Source: an uncultured virus (IMG/VR IMGVR_UViG_3300041809_001460) (Duplodnaviria > Heunggongvirae > Uroviricota > Caudoviricetes). From it: DNA of 20,000 nt. Under the pieces are notes generated by a model. The model did no database searches, was not told where the DNA came from, and worked only from the letters and a program-made list of their open reading frames with translations. Position numbers and translations under genes: made by a program. The stretch is taken from the IMG/VR virus record IMGVR_UViG_3300041809_001460, one strand, 5' to 3'. Positions 6,101 through 14,647 of the stretch are shown in pieces. Within the stretch, counting starts at the first letter, position 1; each line of letters starts with the position of its first letter.

Positions 6101-8954
6101 AGAGCTAGTACAGGTTCGGACCGTCAAGCGAAAAAGCTTGAAGACGGACCCGCGCGGCTGCGAAGTGTGCCCGCTGAACGAGATCAAGGGAATTCAGAAG
6201 ATCATGGGCACCGTCGAGGGCAAGTCCATTCTCATTGTCGGGCAGAGCCCAGGCCAGAATGAGAACCGCGAGGGACAGGAATTCATTGGCGATGCCGGAG
6301 AATTTCTCTGGAACGAGCTGGACCTGGTGGGAATACACCGTGAGGACTGCGACATCTTCAACGTGGTTCGATGCCTGCCAGCGGACCAAATAGCCGGGAC
6401 CTACAGCTCGCGGCTTGTGATGCGGAGTCCGACGCCAGTCGAGATTCACTGCTGCTCTATCCACACTGAGGAAGCCCTGACGAAAACCAAGGCTCGGCAC
6501 ATCCTGATTCTGGGGCAGATCGCGCAGAAGGCATTTCTCAAGACCCGATCAGTCCCCGCGCAGAAGATTTTCTGGAGTGAGGAGCATCAAGCCAAAATCT
6601 ATTTAGCCGACCACCCAGCGTTCTTTGTGCGTGGCTACGGAGCCGGAGCCAGGATCGAGGCGTTCCGCGAGACCATGAAGCAGCTGGCTGCTGATTGGCA
6701 GAGCGCCGACGACGACACAGCGTCCGACAACTATCGCTACCTGCGGGAGCAGAAATACCATCTGATCCTAACTGAGGAGAGGGCCTGGAATGTCGGCCGT
6801 TTTCTACTCGCGTACGCTCGCAAAGGCATTCGCGTATCCGCCGACATCGAGTACGACATCATCGACGGAAAGAAGCTGATCTTCGCCGTCGGTTTCAGCC
6901 CCAAACCGGGCTTGTCTTTCATCTTCGTGTTCGACCATCCGAAGATCGCGCAGGCGCCACGCGACAGCAAGAAGTGCCGTGAGATGGCCTGGGCGCTGCT
7001 CAAGGCTGAGAACGTAAAGAAGGTGATGCACTTCGGGTGCTCCGACGTGAACGCGCTGCGAGAGGCCGGCGTCGAGACCAAGGGATACGACTGGGATACG
7101 AATTACAGCGAGTATCTTTACTATCCCGATGAGCACAACAAATACGGACTGGCGAACATCGCTGAGAGGAGATTCCAGCAATTCTCCGGTTACAAGTCCA
7201 TCATCTTTGACGATCTTTTTGACGCTGCGCCGCCGGGGGTCGAGCCCCCTGCCAATATCCGCAATGGCTCTTACGATGCTAAGGAAACGTGGTTGAAGCA
7301 GCACGACCTGTTTCACCTGACGAACCTGAGGCCAGACACGCTGCGCTTGTATACGGGAGGCGACGCCGATCTGACCAAGCGTATCGAGATCGACAACAAG
7401 AAGAAGGTGCCGCACGCGCTGGTGAAGCTGTACATGGACCTCGGGTTTTTGCTGCTGGCGATGGAGGACAACGGTCCCTGGTTCGACGAGTGGCAGCACC
7501 GGCAGGTGCATCGGCTCTGGCCGCATCTAGCTGCTGAGGCGCTCGAGAAGGTGCGGAAGATGATCGGAGACCCCGATTTCAACCCTGGCAGTTCCAAACA
7601 GGTCTACGACGCTATCTACCGGCGGCTCCATTTGCAATACCCGCTGCACAAGGGGAAGCCCAATACGCGAAAGCAGACCATGATGATGCTCTCGCGGGAG
7701 CACCCATTTCCGGGGGCTGTTCTTGCTTGGAGGAAGGCGAGTAAGGTTGTCTCCACCTACATTGACGGCCCCTATGAGGTAGCCAAGAGATTCGGTGGCC
7801 GTGTGAGGACTACGTGGTGGGCCACCGGCACAGCTGCCGGCCGGTTGTCGAGCAGCGGTGGTGATGAAGGGGGCATGAACCTGCAGAACCTGCACAAGGA
7901 CAAGCGTCTGCAGAATCTCTACGTGTCCGATAAACGCTGGCGGCGAGTATTCAACGCGATCAAGAGCATTCTTAAAACCGAGCCGCGGGTGATGTGGGAG
8001 CAGCTGATCGAGCAGTGGGTTCGCGAGAATATGCCCGATCTCAAGACCTTTCTGATTCTGGACTACGGGCAGATTGAAGTGCGTGTGGCCGCGCAGGTGT
8101 CGGGCGACGAGAACCTGATCGCGGATTGCGCCTCAGCCGACATCCACAGCACAGTCGGATCGCGTATGACCGGTTGGAGTGTCGTGAAGATCAAACACGA
8201 CAACAAAACCCGTACCTTGACCAAGAACGTCCACTTCGGGATTATGTTCGGCATCGACCGCCGGAACCTGTTTGAGTTCATCAAGGCTATGGACCCTGAT
8301 TTCAACGGCACCGAGGAAGAGGTGTTCGCGCAGTTCGACCGCTACTTCGAGCGGTATACCGGCATCGCCAGATACATCGAATCGCAGCGGGAGCTGGCGC
8401 AGGATCAGGGGTATGTGGAGACGATATTCGGATTGCACCGAGCGCTGAACCTCACCAGCTTCCGCAAGGACTTCGATGACGAGGACGGTGATAGCGACGA
8501 CTACATTGACGCAGCTGGTGAGAGGCAGACTTCGTGGCGCAATCAATGTATCAATACGCCGGTGCAGGGATCAGCCCACCAGCTGCTCGAGTGCGGGATG
8601 GTGAATATGGTGAGGAAGCCCCAAGAGTATACGGTCCTGGGAACGCCATCGATGGACGTACACGACGCACTCTACTTTATTGTGAACGTGCTGGAGCTGC
8701 AGGAGGCTTACCGCAAGGCGCGGTATTTGATGGAAGTGGATTCCCTCGCAACCGTGAAGAGCGACTTTCCTGAGATCGATTGGAAAGTGCCGATCGTGGT
8801 TGAGGCTGAGGCTGGGCTGAGGCTGGGCACGCGTGTGGAGCTGAAGGATGACCAGTTCACCGTGGGAGGCTATTTGCTGGATTGGTACAACGTGACTAAG
8901 AAGCAAATCCTTGATATGAAGAAGCAGCTGGATGAGCTGCCGGGGGCTGCATGA
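6090..8954 (+). CDS. Family A DNA polymerase with N-terminal family-4 uracil-DNA-glycosylase-like domain and 3'-5' exonuclease
   Basis: UDG4-like: CEVC, IVGQSPG..E..EG.EFIG.AG, NVVRC.P, EIHCC, HPA. Exonuclease: ADIEYD, YTGGD. Polymerase: GRLSS, NLQN, motif A DYGQIEVR, motif B RTLTKNVHFGIMFG, NTPVQGSA, motif C VHDA. Confidence 0.95.
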   Translation: MPFEELVQVRTVKRKSLKTDPRGCEVCPLNEIKGIQKIMGTVEGKSILIVGQSPGQNENREGQEFIGDAGEFLWNELDLVGIHREDCDIFNVVRCLPADQIAGTYSSRLVMRSPTPVEIHCCSIHTEEALTKTKARHILILGQIAQKAFLKTRSVPAQKIFWSEEHQAKIYLADHPAFFVRGYGAGARIEAFRETMKQLAADWQSADDDTASDNYRYLREQKYHLILTEERAWNVGRFLLAYARKGIRVSADIEYDIIDGKKLIFAVGFSPKPGLSFIFVFDHPKIAQAPRDSKKCREMAWALLKAENVKKVMHFGCSDVNALREAGVETKGYDWDTNYSEYLYYPDEHNKYGLANIAERRFQQFSGYKSIIFDDLFDAAPPGVEPPANIRNGSYDAKETWLKQHDLFHLTNLRPDTLRLYTGGDADLTKRIEIDNKKKVPHALVKLYMDLGFLLLAMEDNGPWFDEWQHRQVHRLWPHLAAEALEKVRKMIGDPDFNPGSSKQVYDAIYRRLHLQYPLHKGKPNTRKQTMMMLSREHPFPGAVLAWRKASKVVSTYIDGPYEVAKRFGGRVRTTWWATGTAAGRLSSSGGDEGGMNLQNLHKDKRLQNLYVSDKRWRRVFNAIKSILKTEPRVMWEQLIEQWVRENMPDLKTFLILDYGQIEVRVAAQVSGDENLIADCASADIHSTVGSRMTGWSVVKIKHDNKTRTLTKNVHFGIMFGIDRRNLFEFIKAMDPDFNGTEEEVFAQFDRYFERYTGIARYIESQRELAQDQGYVETIFGLHRALNLTSFRKDFDDEDGDSDDYIDAAGERQTSWRNQCINTPVQGSAHQLLECGMVNMVRKPQEYTVLGTPSMDVHDALYFIVNVLELQEAYRKARYLMEVDSLATVKSDFPEIDWKVPIVVEAEAGLRLGTRVELKDDQFTVGGYLLDWYNVTKKQILDMKKQLDELPGAA

Positions 8955-9373
8955 TCGACCGCTTCGAGGGTGAGAACAGGTTTCTCTCCAACTTTTATCC
9001 GTCGCCCGTGATGTATCAGGGGATTGTCTACCCCTCCGTGGAGTGTGCTTTTCAGGCTGCGAAGACTTTGGACACCAAGGTGCGCGCTGAGTTCGCGCAG
9101 CTTACAGCAGCGCAGGCCAAGAGCCATGGGCGCAGGGTCAAGCTACGTGAGGATTGGGAGAGCGTGAAGTTAGAGATTATGGAGATACTGCTGCGACGTA
9201 AGTTCAAGGACTCGACGCTGAGAGCTAAGCTGCTCGCGACCGGCCAGGAACAGCTGATTGAAGGCAACTGGTGGCATGACACCTTTTGGGGGGTCTGCAA
9301 CGGCGTGGGCGAGAACCACCTCGGCCGACTGCTGATGCGGGTGCGAGACGAGATTCGAGTTGACGGCCGCTGA
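8951..9373 (+). CDS. NADAR (YbiA-like) ADP-ribosylhydrolase family protein
   Basis: FLSNFY, YPSVE.AFQAAK, AK..GR, LREDWE, RKF, LLATG, LIEGN.WHD.FWG, GENHLGRLLM.VR. Confidence 0.93.
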   Translation: MIDRFEGENRFLSNFYPSPVMYQGIVYPSVECAFQAAKTLDTKVRAEFAQLTAAQAKSHGRRVKLREDWESVKLEIMEILLRRKFKDSTLRAKLLATGQEQLIEGNWWHDTFWGVCNGVGENHLGRLLMRVRDEIRVDGR

Positions 9374-9385
9374 ATTTTATAGGAT
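9362..9385 (+). promoter_or_regulatory. Phage-type promoter motif copy 4: GACG-N10-TTTA-TAGGAT, 6 nt before ATG 9392
   Basis: GACG 9362-9365, TTTA 9376-9379, TAGGAT 9380-9385. Confidence 0.65.
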
Positions 9386-9391
9386 GTAATG

Positions 9392-9937
9392 ATGGCGATT
9401 ACCGCTGACGTGCTAATCAAACGACTGGCCTTGGTGGACGAGAACGTTCTTGTCGAGGCCGCGCAGCAGCCGCTGCGATTTGTCGATGCTGCCAGGTATC
9501 GTGTCGCCGCGATGAAGAACCGAGCACAGGTGACCGCCGAGCTTGGGTATTTGAAGAGCCGTCTTGCGATGGCCATCCGGGCTAAGGGGAATGAGGCTGG
9601 AGAGCGCGTCACCGACAAGGCTTGTGCTGAGCGTGTGGAGAAGCATCGACTGGTACGGGCGCTGAGCGCGAAGCTGGACCGAGCCTTGGAGCTTGAGGAG
9701 TTTGCTCGGCTGATCATGGAGGCCTACAGGATGCGCCGTGACGCGATTCGAGTGATTGCCGAGACCCAGATCGCTGAGGGTGTGAAAGAGGGGCATGAGG
9801 TTGATCGGATCGAGCAACGCCGCCGACTACATACAGCTGCACGGAATTTGGAGCAGAAACGGTCGAGAATCGAAGCCCCGGGCAACGATGACCCGGACAT
9901 TGCCGACGGCGTGGAGCAGGAAGAGAACTTGAGATGA
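9392..9937 (+). CDS. UvsY-like helical recombination mediator protein
   Basis: LALVDENVLVEAAQQPLRF... followed by long amphipathic helices; located upstream of the SSB and RecA genes. Start is ATG 9389 or 9392. Confidence 0.5.
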   Translation: MAITADVLIKRLALVDENVLVEAAQQPLRFVDAARYRVAAMKNRAQVTAELGYLKSRLAMAIRAKGNEAGERVTDKACAERVEKHRLVRALSAKLDRALELEEFARLIMEAYRMRRDAIRVIAETQIAEGVKEGHEVDRIEQRRRLHTAARNLEQKRSRIEAPGNDDPDIADGVEQEENLR

Positions 9938-10266
9938 GCGACAAGCCGCTAAGTAAACTCGGCATTTCGGCTATTACCGTGAGCGTGGAGATAGCTGACA
10001 AGACCTACGGCTCCGGCGAGTCGTTGTTTATGTCGGTAGGATCGCGGCTGCCTGAATCCACGCCGGGTCTACCATTGACCGCTGATGAAGCCATTGACGA
10101 CGGCATCGATAAATACCTCGTGGCCTGGCAGACGCTGCTTCAGGCTGCGTTGGCGGAAGGAAGGATTTCTCAGGGCGATTATAAGAGGCAGACGGTTAAC
10201 ACATTGCATAGAGTAAAGCAGGTTCGCGAACTCTATCGTCGGATCGTGAAGGCGGAAGCCGTATGA
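9934..10266 (+). CDS. Hypothetical protein
   Basis: ATGA-coupled to the upstream gene; fits the operon. Confidence 0.7.
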   Translation: MSDKPLSKLGISAITVSVEIADKTYGSGESLFMSVGSRLPESTPGLPLTADEAIDDGIDKYLVAWQTLLQAALAEGRISQGDYKRQTVNTLHRVKQVRELYRRIVKAEAV

Positions 10267-10296
10267 TGTGCGGTATCTCAACTGGAGAAGAAGAAA

Positions 10297-11430
10297 ATGG
10301 CGATCGACGAAAGAGAGTACGCGCGAAAGCGCGCCGAACAGCGGCAGCAGAGTTCCTGGTACAAGCTGAAGGAAGGTGACAACTGCTTCCGCATTCTGCC
10401 TACCCCGCCGTCCGATGATGTGCAGACGAACTGGTTTGAGTACGCTGTGCATCGTGAGGTCGGACCTAAGAAGACAACCGTGCGCTGTGGCATCGACCCT
10501 GTGAGCGGCGAAGGTCAATGCTGGATTTGCGACAAGCTGATTCCGCATCTGAAAGCGAAGAAGCTGGAGCAGCGGGCGACGGCCCTGGCGCCTCGGGCCA
10601 ACGTGCTGATCCAAGTGGCTAAGGTGGATGAGAATGGGAAGATGACCGGGCCTTATCTCTTTACCCCAGCCAAGACCCTGGCCGACCAGCTGCTGGCGTC
10701 GATCTTCGGATCGCGGAAGCGCAGCTATATTGATCCCGTTCGGGGATACAACATCAATGTGAGCCGCACCGGCACCGGAAGGCTGGACACCAAATACGGA
10801 ATGCTCGAGCCTGACCAGGACTCGACAGCCGTTCCCAAGACATTGCTGGCCAAGGTGCAGCCCTTCAGTGAGCTGAAGGAAGTGCCTGTTTACTCGCAGG
10901 CCAAGCAGCAGGCCGCTTACAGCGGCAAGGATGTGGCTGAGGAGCCGGAACAAGATGAAGAAGAGCCACCCCGCCGCCGCGCCCGTGTTGCTGCGCCTGT
11001 CGAAGAGGAAGAGGTTGCGGACGCTGGTCTGGATGATGACGAGCTAGCCACCGACGACGTCGGCGACGAGGACCTGGTGGACGACCCGGACCCTGATGCT
11101 GAAGAGGAGCCGGCGCCACCCAGACGGGCGGCGAAGCCTGCTGCGAAGCCGGCCGCAAGGCCAGCTGCGCGGAGAGCCGCCCCGGTGGAAGAGGAAGAGC
11201 CGGAGGCGGAACTGGCCGGCGACGATGAAGAGCTGCTCGAGGACGATCTACCGGATGAGATCGACCTCAACGACCTCGGCGACGAGCCGCCGCTCGAAGA
11301 AGAGGAAGAGGCGCCTGCTCCGAAGCCACGGGCCGCAGCTAAGCCCGCGGCGCGGCCAGCAGCGAAACCTGCGGCACGGCCTGCCAGCAAGGTAGCGGTG
11401 CCCGCACCGAAGCCGAAGGCGCGGCGATAA
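10297..11430 (+). CDS. Single-stranded DNA-binding protein (T4 gp32-like, His/Cys Zn site) with long acidic/basic disordered tail
   Basis: WYKLKEG.N.FRILP, VH...C...CWIC, GYNINVSRTGTG.DTKY; GGAG SD. Confidence 0.75.
   Translation: MAIDEREYARKRAEQRQQSSWYKLKEGDNCFRILPTPPSDDVQTNWFEYAVHREVGPKKTTVRCGIDPVSGEGQCWICDKLIPHLKAKKLEQRATALAPRANVLIQVAKVDENGKMTGPYLFTPAKTLADQLLASIFGSRKRSYIDPVRGYNINVSRTGTGRLDTKYGMLEPDQDSTAVPKTLLAKVQPFSELKEVPVYSQAKQQAAYSGKDVAEEPEQDEEEPPRRRARVAAPVEEEEVADAGLDDDELATDDVGDEDLVDDPDPDAEEEPAPPRRAAKPAAKPAARPAARRAAPVEEEEPEAELAGDDEELLEDDLPDEIDLNDLGDEPPLEEEEEAPAPKPRAAAKPAARPAAKPAARPASKVAVPAPKPKARR
10939..11427 (+). repeat. Low-complexity coding region with alternating D/E blocks and AAKP/AARP repeats
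   Basis: AAPVEEEE occurs twice; two AAKPAA(K/R)PAA blocks. Confidence 0.8.
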
Positions 11431-11447
11431 CCGATCAAACTGTGAGT

Positions 11448-11467
11448 GGGGCCCGAACCTGGGCCCC
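11448..11467 (+). other. Intergenic GC hairpin (GGGGCCC-gaacct-GGGCCCC); weak terminator or mRNA-stability element
   Basis: Perfect 7-bp stem between the SSB and RecA genes, followed only by TT. Confidence 0.5.
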
Positions 11468-11485
11468 TTGCATCTAGGAGCAGAT

Positions 11486-12541
11486 ATGGCTGTGCCCAAA
11501 CCCAAAGCTAAGAAGGTGGCGAAGCAGAGCGAGCGTGAGATGCAGGCCATCGAAGACGCCGTTGACAAGGCCGGCGAAGAGTTTGATGAAGAGCAAGAGA
11601 CCGAGGACCTTGTAGAGGACGTTGGGATACAGATCAACGGCGACGAAATTCAGGCTGCGGTGCGAAAGATGATGAAGCTGTCGCTGTTTGAGCCGCCGGA
11701 GAATTTCTGGTTGAACACAGGATCGCCGGAACTGAACTCCGTTTTCGGCTCACGCAAGCTGGGCATTCCCTACGGCAAGGTGATCGAGGTAGCTGGGCCC
11801 GAACACTGTGGAAAGACGCTAATTGCCAATGTGATGATGGGCATGGCGCAGCGTGATGGAGCCGCGGCGGGATATATCGATTTGGAAGAGAGCCGCGACG
11901 CCAACTGGGCAACCAAGCTGGGTGTGAATTGGGAGGCTGTGACAAAAATCTATCCTGAGCTGGTGAAGCAGAAAAGCGGCCCGCCGATGCTGTTGAGCGC
12001 CGAGCAGATTTGCAATCAGGCCGAGCAGGCCATGTATCTGCTGCACAAGGCCGGGGCCAGAAAGCAGTTCTGGTTTCTGGACTCTATCGCCATGCTGATA
12101 CCAGCGACGCAGATGGAAGCTGGGCTGACCGGAATCAATATGCGGACGAAGCTGGCCCGAGCCGACTTTCTAGCTACACTGATGCCGAGATGGGCTGGCC
12201 TGGCTGCGAACTACAACGCGTTGATGCTGGTGTCCAACCAGCTTCGAGCTAAGATCGGCTCCTTTGTGATGGGCGATCCCGACGAGACCACCGGCGGCAG
12301 GGCCCTGCGTCATGTAGCCTCGATCAGAGTCCGCGGCAGGCGCTTAAAGGGTGGAAGACTGAAGCAGGGAACCGCTATAGTAGGATTAGCTGGTGTTTTC
12401 AGGAACACCAAGAACAAGTCGGGTGGAGGGTCCGTAGAGGGATGCGAAGCGGCCTTCAAAGTCCGTTGGGACAGGCCCAAAGCATCCGTCAAATTTATGC
12501 CCGTCGCGGAGCTGAAAGCCGAGATGGGGGAGGAGAAATAA
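11486..12541 (+). CDS. recA: RecA/UvsX-like recombinase with charged N-terminal extension
   Basis: TGSPELN, GIPYGKVIEVAGPEHCGKT (Walker A), YIDLEE, FLDSIA (Walker B), NQLRAKIG, TTGGRALRH.AS.R, KNK; AGGAG SD before ATG 11486. Confidence 0.92.
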   Translation: MAVPKPKAKKVAKQSEREMQAIEDAVDKAGEEFDEEQETEDLVEDVGIQINGDEIQAAVRKMMKLSLFEPPENFWLNTGSPELNSVFGSRKLGIPYGKVIEVAGPEHCGKTLIANVMMGMAQRDGAAAGYIDLEESRDANWATKLGVNWEAVTKIYPELVKQKSGPPMLLSAEQICNQAEQAMYLLHKAGARKQFWFLDSIAMLIPATQMEAGLTGINMRTKLARADFLATLMPRWAGLAANYNALMLVSNQLRAKIGSFVMGDPDETTGGRALRHVASIRVRGRRLKGGRLKQGTAIVGLAGVFRNTKNKSGGGSVEGCEAAFKVRWDRPKASVKFMPVAELKAEMGEEK

Positions 12542-13024
12542 ATGCCGCCGAAGAAAACGCAAGATACGCCTGAAAGCGTAGCCGGGCCTACGGCCGATGA
12601 ACTGAGGATTGAGCAGCTGCAGGATGACCTGGAGGCTGCCAACGGCACTATCGCCCTACTGCGCCAAGAGGTGAGTGACATTGGCACGAGCCTGGACGCG
12701 CAGAAGAGATTACGTGCTACTGAGCGTGAGACACATCAAATGGAGCTGGCCAGGGCACAGGATACGATCAACGCTCAACTGACCCGCGTACAGACCGGCA
12801 TTATCAGCAAGAAGGCCGCGACGCCCGAGGAGGCTGTCGGCAACATCATCGCCTTCTTCGCTGCTGTGGCTCTGGGCGGGCCTGCGGCTAGTCTGCGGCA
12901 CGCCGTGCATGAGATTGCGGAAGGGTTGGACCGGGAAGGCAAAGCGAAATTCAGGGAGTACGCGATGCGGCTGCGTAGTGCCGCTGAGGCTGCTGAGCAG
13001 GAGACCGCGACGATCGGCCTTTGA
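12542..13024 (+). CDS. Coiled-coil hypothetical protein
   Basis: Heptad-like IEQLQDDLEAANGTIALLRQEV; GGAGGAG SD. Confidence 0.7.
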   Translation: MPPKKTQDTPESVAGPTADELRIEQLQDDLEAANGTIALLRQEVSDIGTSLDAQKRLRATERETHQMELARAQDTINAQLTRVQTGIISKKAATPEEAVGNIIAFFAAVALGGPAASLRHAVHEIAEGLDREGKAKFREYAMRLRSAAEAAEQETATIGL

Positions 13025-13036
13025 TGGGGATGACCT

Positions 13037-13288
13037 ATGAAATTCGACACGCTGGAGAAAGCGCGACGTGTTTTGCCGTCCTTCGCCTTTCCACTTCTTG
13101 AGAAGAGCGGCGATCTGGGTGCCCTGCGTCGTTGTGTGAGGATCGAGAGGGACCGGATCAAGGTTGAGGTGCTGGAGGCCATGGCCGCGACTCACAGCGG
13201 TTATTATGCTACCCCTGAGATCAAAGAGATGCAGCGGAGGCATCTGCAGTTAGATAATTTCTTGAACATAACCGGAGGGACGTGGTGA
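13037..13288 (+). CDS. Hypothetical protein
   Basis: Fits operon packing; GGGGA upstream. Confidence 0.6.
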   Translation: MKFDTLEKARRVLPSFAFPLLEKSGDLGALRRCVRIERDRIKVEVLEAMAATHSGYYATPEIKEMQRRHLQLDNFLNITGGTW

Positions 13289-13608
13289 AGCTGGTTTGTG
13301 GAGTTGTGGACGGGAACGGGGTGAGGAGAATCCTCGCCGCTGAGAGCACGCCTACGCTCCAGAACATCGACGACCTGGCGCTGCTGGCTCCTGAAGGGTC
13401 ATGTGACTGGGGGCCGGAAGCGGAGGCATGTGAGAGTGAGACTACAGCCAAAATTATTCTCTCTTGCGTGGCTAAGTGGGATATTGCTACTGTCTATGCT
13501 CGGCGGTACGCCGAGGATGTGGTGAGCAAGCTGGGCACCGACCAGATGTGGATTTTGCCTCTTGAGGAGATCGAGCAATGGCTGACGGAGAACAGAAAAG
13601 TGGCGTAG
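13282..13608 (+). CDS. Hypothetical protein
   Basis: GGAGG SD; GTG start at 13282 or 13285 overlapping the previous stop. Confidence 0.6.
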   Translation: MVKLVCGVVDGNGVRRILAAESTPTLQNIDDLALLAPEGSCDWGPEAEACESETTAKIILSCVAKWDIATVYARRYAEDVVSKLGTDQMWILPLEEIEQWLTENRKVA

Positions 13609-14639
13609 AAGACAGTCAGCTCTCGCTCTCCGCTCGCCCCAAAACTCTGGATGGCCTAATCGGACAAGAGAGAACTGTACGGGCCATTCGAGGCCATATC
13701 AAGACCGGCCGCTATCCTAAAGCGTGGCTGTTCTACGGCCCTAAGGGCACCGGCAAAACGACCGCCGCACGAATCATATCCCTGTCTTATCAGTGTGAAC
13801 ATCAGCAGCACTTCGGGCGCCCCTGCAACGCCTGTCGCGCTTTGTCTCCGATGGGGATTTTAGAGGGCGTATGGGGAGCCTTTCCTGTAGTCGAGATTGA
13901 TGGAGCTACAATTTCGACGAAGGAAGAAATGACCGATGCCATGTACGCCTGCCGTTCCGGCATCATGGGGGCTGGGAGATACCGCATCTACATCGTGAAC
14001 GAGGTGCAGCGATGCAGCAAGGCCTGCCTCGACATCTTCCTGTCGCGCCTCGAGGACACGCCGCGCAGCACTGTTTTTATTTTCACCACCACCGACCCGT
14101 CGGAACTTTCTGAGCCCTTCCGTTCCCGCTGTCAGTGTTACGAATTCAGGGAGCTGGCGACCGACGACGTTGAGAAGCTGGTGGAGCGGTTGCTGAAGAG
14201 AATCAGCAGCGATCTGCCTGTGGATCGGCTGACCATGGCGCTGGCCGATGCCAAGGTGTCATCACCGCGGCTGGTCGCGCAGGCCGTGGAGAAGTACGCC
14301 GCTGGTTGTGACCCCGAAGAGGCAGCGACCGTGACCGGAGCGCCGGAGCTGGACATTCTAGGGCTGTCGAAGGCCATTACCCACGGAGACTGGATCGGGG
14401 CATCGAGGTATCTGCAGATGATTAAGAGCGGCCAGGCCCGCGCTCTGCGGATGATGATGATGAAGTATCTGCGTGAGCAGCTGCTTGAGTCATCGGAGAT
14501 CGGGCCCAGAGCCGACAACATTGCGATGGCCATCGACTTGATGACGTCGGTAGCCAACGCTGAGGATTCGCTGGTCTATGCAGCAATATGCAGCAGCGCC
14601 TACAGCCTTTGTAAACTTTTCGCGAACTATACGGTGTGA
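13578..14639 (+). CDS. DnaX (DNA Pol III gamma/tau)-like clamp loader AAA+ ATPase
   Basis: ARPKTLDGLIGQE, WLFYGPKGTGKTTAARI, C...PCNAC, VVEIDGA, IYIVNEVQ, LEDTP, VFIFTTT, RSRCQ. Confidence 0.88.
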   Translation: MADGEQKSGVEDSQLSLSARPKTLDGLIGQERTVRAIRGHIKTGRYPKAWLFYGPKGTGKTTAARIISLSYQCEHQQHFGRPCNACRALSPMGILEGVWGAFPVVEIDGATISTKEEMTDAMYACRSGIMGAGRYRIYIVNEVQRCSKACLDIFLSRLEDTPRSTVFIFTTTDPSELSEPFRSRCQCYEFRELATDDVEKLVERLLKRISSDLPVDRLTMALADAKVSSPRLVAQAVEKYAAGCDPEEAATVTGAPELDILGLSKAITHGDWIGASRYLQMIKSGQARALRMMMMKYLREQLLESSEIGPRADNIAMAIDLMTSVANAEDSLVYAAICSSAYSLCKLFANYTV

Positions 14640-14647
14640 GGTGGGAG

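Noticed and set aside
7920..8050. Intein or intron in the polymerase
   Set aside because: The insert is only about 40 aa, in frame, without intein terminal residues (C...HN) or LAGLIDADG motifs.
8664..8685. GACG...TTTATT inside polA as a motif copy
   Set aside because: Spacing is 2 nt short and there is no TAnnnT at the expected position.
10069..11438. Minus-strand ORFs of 294 and 173 aa opposite the SSB gene
   Set aside because: Antisense shadows of a well-supported plus-strand gene; the Ser/Gly runs mirror Glu/Pro codons.
13614..13630. QLSL in the DnaX-like N-terminus as a beta-clamp-binding motif
   Set aside because: It coincides with the normal 'L...(Y)RP' N-terminal segment of clamp-loader subunits and lacks the terminal aromatic residue.
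14594..14617. TTTG-TAAACT as a sixth promoter-motif copy
   Set aside because: The GACG position reads CAGC, so it does not fit the consensus.
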